Assembly (NCBI GenBank): GCA_964512695.1
Contig: CAZEJU010000006.1
Coordinates: 2,591 to 66,590, forward strand
Reading direction: 5' to 3'
Length of the DNA: 64,000 nucleotides
From: an uncultured Gammaproteobacteria bacterium
GTDB taxonomy: Bacteria; Patescibacteriota; Microgenomatia; Levybacterales; UBA12049
Positions 58,924 to 64,000 of the stretch are shown here, piece by piece; position 1 is the stretch's first letter; each line of letters begins with the position of its first letter. Under the pieces are notes generated by a model. That model saw nothing but the letters and a program-made list of their open reading frames with translations, made no database searches and was not told the origin of the DNA. Both the position numbers and the translations under genes were made by a program.

Positions 58924-59556
58924 ATGAAAAAAGAAGAGAAGGTAACATTAATAATCGATCGGTTATCAAAAGTCTATCCTCATCCCAAATCAGCTCTCAA
59001 CTATACAACTCCTTTAGAATTGCTCATTGCCACGATTCTGTCTGCTCAAACAACTGATAAACTTGTTAACACCGTAACTCCTGCATTATTTACTAAATAT
59101 AAAACAGCTAGGGATTTCGCGACTGCTTCTGTAGAAGAGATAGACCATTTTATAAAGAAAGTAAACTTTCATAAAGGTAAAGCAAAAAACATAAAAGAAG
59201 CAGCTAGAATTATTAATGAAAAATATAATGGAGAAGTACCGCAAACGATGGAAGAGCTTGATGCCTTACCAGGAGTAGCTCGAAAAACTGCTAATGTCGT
59301 TTTAGGAGGTGCTTTCGGAAAAGCAGAGGGGATAGCAGTGGATACCCATGTAATGCGTCTTTCTAGAAAACTAAAATTAACAAATGCAACTGATCCTATA
59401 AAAGCTGAATTGGATCTTATGAAAATAGTACCCAAGGAAAAATGGATTTCTTTTTCTCATATGCTCATTCTGCATGGCCGCGATATCTGTACTGCCCGAT
59501 CCCATACGTGTGAGAACTGTCCTCTAGGAGATATCTGTCCAGATAAAAAGATTTAA
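58924..59556 (+). CDS. nth: Endonuclease III
   Basis: ELLIATILSAQTTD, HhH LPGVARKTANVV, AVDTHV.R, C-x6-C-x2-C-x5-C. Confidence 0.97.
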   Translation: MKKEEKVTLIIDRLSKVYPHPKSALNYTTPLELLIATILSAQTTDKLVNTVTPALFTKYKTARDFATASVEEIDHFIKKVNFHKGKAKNIKEAARIINEKYNGEVPQTMEELDALPGVARKTANVVLGGAFGKAEGIAVDTHVMRLSRKLKLTNATDPIKAELDLMKIVPKEKWISFSHMLILHGRDICTARSHTCENCPLGDICPDKKI

Positions 59557-59577
59557 ACTAAACCAGCAAAAAAAGTA

Positions 59578-61137
59578 TTACTTGGCCATCTTTCTTTTAA
59601 CAGCTACTCTCATGAGATCCTCAAGTGCGCCTTTCGTACTTCCTAGTTTTGAAGCAATACTCATTGAGCGCACTATAATAGATCCATCTTCATATACTTC
59701 GTAGTTGTCATAAATAAAACTACCTGAGTAATGAACAGGCCATGTAAATTCAATATTATCATCAACAGAGTCAATATACTCTCCTGTTTTTACAGTGTCA
59801 TAAATCATCCTTGTAAACATTTCTGCCTCTAATGGATTCATCTTAAAGTGAATTTCTAGGACTCTATTTAATTGTCTTAATCCATCAAGATTTGGTTTAC
59901 CATCAGGTTGTCTCAGTCTTTGTAGTATCTTTTCGTATCTGTTTTTTCTCCGTTCTAAAGACTGTAGAGATGCATCTTCACGACTCCTACCTTCATGTTT
60001 TAAATCTTCTATCCATTTATCCAACTGGATTCTCGTAGGTTTTGAGCCGAAGGTTAGGTCGACCAACTGCTCACCAAATCTTCCGCTATATCCTTTACTC
60101 TCTACAAATTGTAATGTCTCACTTTTTAGTGCAGCCACAAAATTTCTATTGCTTTTATTTTTATGGTACAACTCAAATCGTTCTCGTAATCCTATATTTA
60201 GCTCCTCCTTATCACCCACATAATCTGTCAGTACTTGCATGGCATCAGTATAGCTAATACCATCAGGAAACCTAAGTGTAGCTCCTTCATGAAATGCAAT
60301 TTCTGAACCATCAGTAGCACGTCCATGGGCCATATCCATAGTAATGGTTACCTTTCTATTCGGGAGACGCTGAATAGTTAATTCTTCGATTCTTTTACGT
60401 TCTGCCGGATGAAAAAGGCTAAAAGTTACAGTATCAAGAATACCCATTTGCTTCATTAAATCCGCAACAGAAACTTCCTCTATATGTGCTAAAGATGTCA
60501 TTTCACCTCGAGGTAAATATGCTATATTTGTATGCCAATCAGCAACACTTTGTGCCCCACGCGCTCCACCCGTGGTCTTTCTCTCCTCTGAAGTTGCATG
60601 TCCGAACACTCCATAATGTCTTATTCGCATAAGTTCTTCTTTATCTGTAATACTTAGGGCTCTTTTAAGAATATTTACGCCACTCGCGACTTGCCTCTCT
60701 GCAGCACGGAAAAATTTTTCTCTTTCTTTTCCTGTCATTTGGGCTAATTTCGTTATATCTACTCTTTCTAAATCTTCACCCCAAACCCATGCTATAAGAT
60801 GTGCAGGAGCAATATCTCCTTTAAAAGGTAAATAGCAGTTCTCAATTCCACGTTCACGTTTAACTGCCTCAACTAAAGCTGTTCGACCTACTGTAGTTGT
60901 CGTATGAGGGGAAGGTGTTGACGTTAGGCCTGCTGCCCCGCCATTAAATTCTTCGACTCCTCCAAAACGTTGAGTCTGCAGATAAATGCTTCTGCTTTCA
61001 TTTGTACGTTCAGCCTCTGTTGGTAGCGGAATACGAACAACTGGAAGTCTCTTATCTCCTGTTTCCGATACAAGTAGCTGGACTCCATGGTTATAAATTG
61101 TGTCTGTGATTGAAGGGTTTTCTCCTTTTCTAGCCAT
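59578..61137 (-). CDS. Hypothetical protein with degenerate HIT-like segment
   Basis: 519-aa ORF; DIAPAHLI and GAQSVADWHTNIAYLPR. Confidence 0.7.
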   Translation of the reverse strand: MARKGENPSITDTIYNHGVQLLVSETGDKRLPVVRIPLPTEAERTNESRSIYLQTQRFGGVEEFNGGAAGLTSTPSPHTTTTVGRTALVEAVKRERGIENCYLPFKGDIAPAHLIAWVWGEDLERVDITKLAQMTGKEREKFFRAAERQVASGVNILKRALSITDKEELMRIRHYGVFGHATSEERKTTGGARGAQSVADWHTNIAYLPRGEMTSLAHIEEVSVADLMKQMGILDTVTFSLFHPAERKRIEELTIQRLPNRKVTITMDMAHGRATDGSEIAFHEGATLRFPDGISYTDAMQVLTDYVGDKEELNIGLRERFELYHKNKSNRNFVAALKSETLQFVESKGYSGRFGEQLVDLTFGSKPTRIQLDKWIEDLKHEGRSREDASLQSLERRKNRYEKILQRLRQPDGKPNLDGLRQLNRVLEIHFKMNPLEAEMFTRMIYDTVKTGEYIDSVDDNIEFTWPVHYSGSFIYDNYEVYEDGSIIVRSMSIASKLGSTKGALEDLMRVAVKRKMAK

Positions 61138-61224
61138 AAAGACCCTATATTATAGTAAATACTTGGCAAAATTACTATAGGTGTATTGTAGGGTTTATTT
61201 TTCCAATACTGATATAATTCACTT

Positions 61225-62430
61225 ATGGATATACCTCTAGCAGAACGGCTTCGCCCAAAAACTCTCGATGACTTTATAGGACAGGAACATCTCGTAGGGA
61301 AGGGAAGACCTATCCGTCGAATGATAGAAACGGGTAATGTCACGTCTATGATTCTATGGGGGCCACCTGGGGTAGGAAAAACTACACTTGCAGGAATTAT
61401 CGCTGAATCAGTAGATGCAAATTTCATATTTTTTTCAGCGGTAACCAGTGGAGTGGAGGATGTCCGAAGAGTAATCAAACAAGCAAAAGAACTAAAAGAA
61501 AAAGAAAATAAGCGAACGATACTGTTCGTGGATGAAATTCATCGTTTTAACAAATCCCAACAAGATGGTTTTCTGCCACATGTTGAGAATGGAACAATTA
61601 TTCTCATCGGAGCTACCACTGAAAACCCAGGATTTCGGGTAAATGCACCGTTGATTTCCCGCAGCCAGGTGTATGTTTTTTATGCACTCCATGAAGAGAA
61701 TCTTCAAAAAATCGCAGATAAAGCGACGAAGCAATATACAACGCACAAGTGGGATGATGATGCCATAAAGCATTTCATTAAATCTTCAAACGGTGACGGA
61801 AGAACATTAATAAATGCTATAGAATTAGCTGCTTCTATTAGCAAAAAAGTTACCCTGAAAGCTGCCGAAGAAGCTGTGCAACAAAAAGCAATTTTTTATG
61901 ATAAAAAAGGGGATTGGCATTATGATACAATTTCAGCTTTTATTAAATCGATGAGAGGAAACCAACCAGACGCGACGCTTCATTACCTCGCGCGTATGAT
62001 TAAAGCAGGTGAAGACCCACTATTTATCGCACGTCGAATGGTAATTTTCGCGGCTGAGGATATAGGAAATGCTCAACCAACTGCACTTGTACTTGCTACT
62101 TCTTGTATGCAAGCAGTTCACATGATAGGGATGCCTGAAGCTTCTTTAATTCTCTCTCAAACAGCAACCTATTTAGCTACATCTAAAAAATCTATTGCAT
62201 CGACTGTAGGCATATCGGAAGCGCTTAGTGATATAGATGAAGAAAATATAGAACCAGTTCCGCTTCATTTACGAAATGCAGCAAATAAAGTAATGAAACG
62301 CTTAGGCTATGGAAAGGGGCATGTCCGATATCCATGGCAGAGCGAAAGAGAAACAGGAGAAAAAACGAAACAGGAATACATGCCGAAGAATTTAGTTGGA
62401 AAGAAATATTATAAGAAAGACTGGGAATAA
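61225..62430 (+). CDS. rarA: Replication-associated recombination protein A
   Basis: [57 protein letters not shown]. Confidence 0.97.
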   Translation: MDIPLAERLRPKTLDDFIGQEHLVGKGRPIRRMIETGNVTSMILWGPPGVGKTTLAGIIAESVDANFIFFSAVTSGVEDVRRVIKQAKELKEKENKRTILFVDEIHRFNKSQQDGFLPHVENGTIILIGATTENPGFRVNAPLISRSQVYVFYALHEENLQKIADKATKQYTTHKWDDDAIKHFIKSSNGDGRTLINAIELAASISKKVTLKAAEEAVQQKAIFYDKKGDWHYDTISAFIKSMRGNQPDATLHYLARMIKAGEDPLFIARRMVIFAAEDIGNAQPTALVLATSCMQAVHMIGMPEASLILSQTATYLATSKKSIASTVGISEALSDIDEENIEPVPLHLRNAANKVMKRLGYGKGHVRYPWQSERETGEKTKQEYMPKNLVGKKYYKKDWE

Positions 62431-62436
62431 ATACGA

Positions 62437-62462
62437 AAGACAGGCAAATGATTGCCTGTCTT
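62437..62462. terminator. Stem-loop between convergent genes
   Basis: AAGACAGGCAA/TTGCCTGTCTT perfect stem. Confidence 0.7.
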
Positions 62463-62482
62463 AAGCGTATGAATTTCAGGGT

Positions 62483-62692
62483 TTATTCTTCAGGCTTATA
62501 TTCTTCATCTTCCAATTCTTCAATCGTCGTAATATCAGGAATGAACGTAATTTTCTCATCTATAATTACTGTTCCTTCACTTAAACCTCCTTTTTCTCCT
62601 CTAAAATCTTCATTATCAAGTCTATTTATATTCTCTTCAACACTATCGTTTTTTATATCTTCATGTTGCTTTTTATTTTTTCCCTTAGACAT
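62483..62692 (-). CDS. Small acidic hypothetical protein
   Basis: SD GAGGAGGTGA; 69 aa, Glu/Asp-rich. Confidence 0.65.
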   Translation of the reverse strand: MSKGKNKKQHEDIKNDSVEENINRLDNEDFRGEKGGLSEGTVIIDEKITFIPDITTIEELEDEEYKPEE

Positions 62693-62973
62693 ATACTTAT
62701 CACCTCCTCAATCGTATTCCTGTTCTTAAATCGGGAATATATAACAGTTGATACTCTATTATTATCGAGTGAGAAAAAAGCGATAACGAAGTAAGAGCAG
62801 GGAAAGAATTCTTTAGATTGTCAAAATTGCAAAGTGACAAAGTTTCAGAGTTAAAACAGATACCACTTTGCCAGGTAGCAACTGGTAACCTGACTTCGCA
62901 TCTCTGCATCTTTGCAACTAGGAAACTCTGCAGCTTTCGGATGATATAATGTATACGCTATTAAATAGCAAAT

Positions 62974-64000
62974 ATGTTACAAAGTTTAAAAACTCTCTTT
63001 GGAAAAAAATATCAGCCTCTTAATACTATTAAAATATCTTCAAAAAAACTTTTAGATAATTACCAATACTTAACTTCACTTAATAGCAATATTCGAGTAG
63101 CACCTGTATTAAAAAGCAATGCATATGGTCACGGTATTACACTCATTGGAAAAGCGTTAGACAATGTAGGAACACCATTTTTCTGCGTAGATAGTATTTA
63201 TGAAGCATATGAATTGCTAAAGGCAGGGGTAAAAACAAAAATACTTATCATGGGTTATATAGATCCTGAAAACCTGAGAGTAAAAAAACTACCATTCTCC
63301 TATGCAGTATATTCAGAAGAACAACTGAAGATTATTAATGAATACCAACGTGGTGCAGGAGTTCATATTAAATTCGATTCGGGTATGCACAGACTTGGGG
63401 TACAATTAAATGATCTCCCAAGTTTTCTTGCATCTTTGAAACTATGCAAATTTGTAACTATAGAAGGTTTCATGTCCCATTTTGCAGAAAGCGAAAACCC
63501 TGATAGTGAACTGACAAAATTCCAATTAGAAAATATTAAAAAAGCGTTAAAACTTTTAAAAGAAGAATATATGCAACCGAAGTGGGTACATGTAGCAAAC
63601 TCTGCTGGTTTATTACATGAAAGCGAATTAAACATAGACAATCTCTCGAATATTGCCAGAACAGGCTTAGATCTTTATGGTATTGATCCTCGGCCAGACA
63701 AAAATGATCCAGAGTTACAACCTGTTCTCCAGCTTAGCTCGAAACTAGTGCAGATCAAGCGATTAAAAAAAGGTGATCGAGTAGGGTATAACGGAACTTT
63801 TACAGCTGCAAAAGAAATGTCCATGGCGGTACTACCCATGGGATATTATGATGGGATAGACAGAAGATTGTCGAATAAAGGAACTGTGATAATTGATGGA
63901 GTTAGTTGTCCCATTATCGGAAGAGTCAGTATGAATATAACTGCAATCGATGTTTCGAATGTTAATAGACCGTTTATTGGACAAGAAGTTATTATATTTT
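62974..64000 (+). CDS. alr: Alanine racemase, 3' end outside window
   Basis: Not in the ORF track; manual translation from ATG 62974 gives APVLKSNAYGHG, HIKFDSGMHRLG, MSHFA, HVANSAG, GYYDG, GRVSMN. Confidence 0.96.
   Translation, partial: MLQSLKTLFGKKYQPLNTIKISSKKLLDNYQYLTSLNSNIRVAPVLKSNAYGHGITLIGKALDNVGTPFFCVDSIYEAYELLKAGVKTKILIMGYIDPENLRVKKLPFSYAVYSEEQLKIINEYQRGAGVHIKFDSGMHRLGVQLNDLPSFLASLKLCKFVTIEGFMSHFAESENPDSELTKFQLENIKKALKLLKEEYMQPKWVHVANSAGLLHESELNIDNLSNIARTGLDLYGIDPRPDKNDPELQPVLQLSSKLVQIKRLKKGDRVGYNGTFTAAKEMSMAVLPMGYYDGIDRRLSNKGTVIIDGVSCPIIGRVSMNITAIDVSNVNRPFIGQEVIIF

Overview
AT-rich bacterial DNA, genetic code 11, with no rRNA, CRISPR array, integrase or transposase seen. Gene content and style (few Shine-Dalgarno sites, sortases, SipW, VLG-motif surface proteins) suggest a Patescibacteria/CPR genome, probably Microgenomates; this is inference. 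Bases 1-31.6 kb and 57-64 kb hold housekeeping and accessory genes (obgE, HelD-like helicase, rfbB/rfbD, NUDIX enzymes, GH13, uppP, nth, rarA, alr), five tRNAs, several decayed gene remnants and one GC-rich islet encoding a secreted protein plus an unannotated 32-aa membrane peptide. The main feature is a ~25-kb candidate extracellular-matrix locus at 31.7-56.9 kb. It combines (i) a TasA/SipW fibre operon, (ii) four paralogous secreted proteins built from an ~90-aa GNG..S.N / NTGG..TGD repeat with Cys-pair linkers, one Asp-laddered and one LPATG-anchored, (iii) two sortases, and (iv) a glycan operon with a four-domain GT2-GT2-flippase-GT4 fusion. Both fibre operons have long leaders with tandem CTGnCC-motif plus terminator units, and one lies next to a DUF2292/YezD-like small gene, which suggests an uncharacterised antitermination switch. 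All product calls come from motif recognition by eye; no searches were run.
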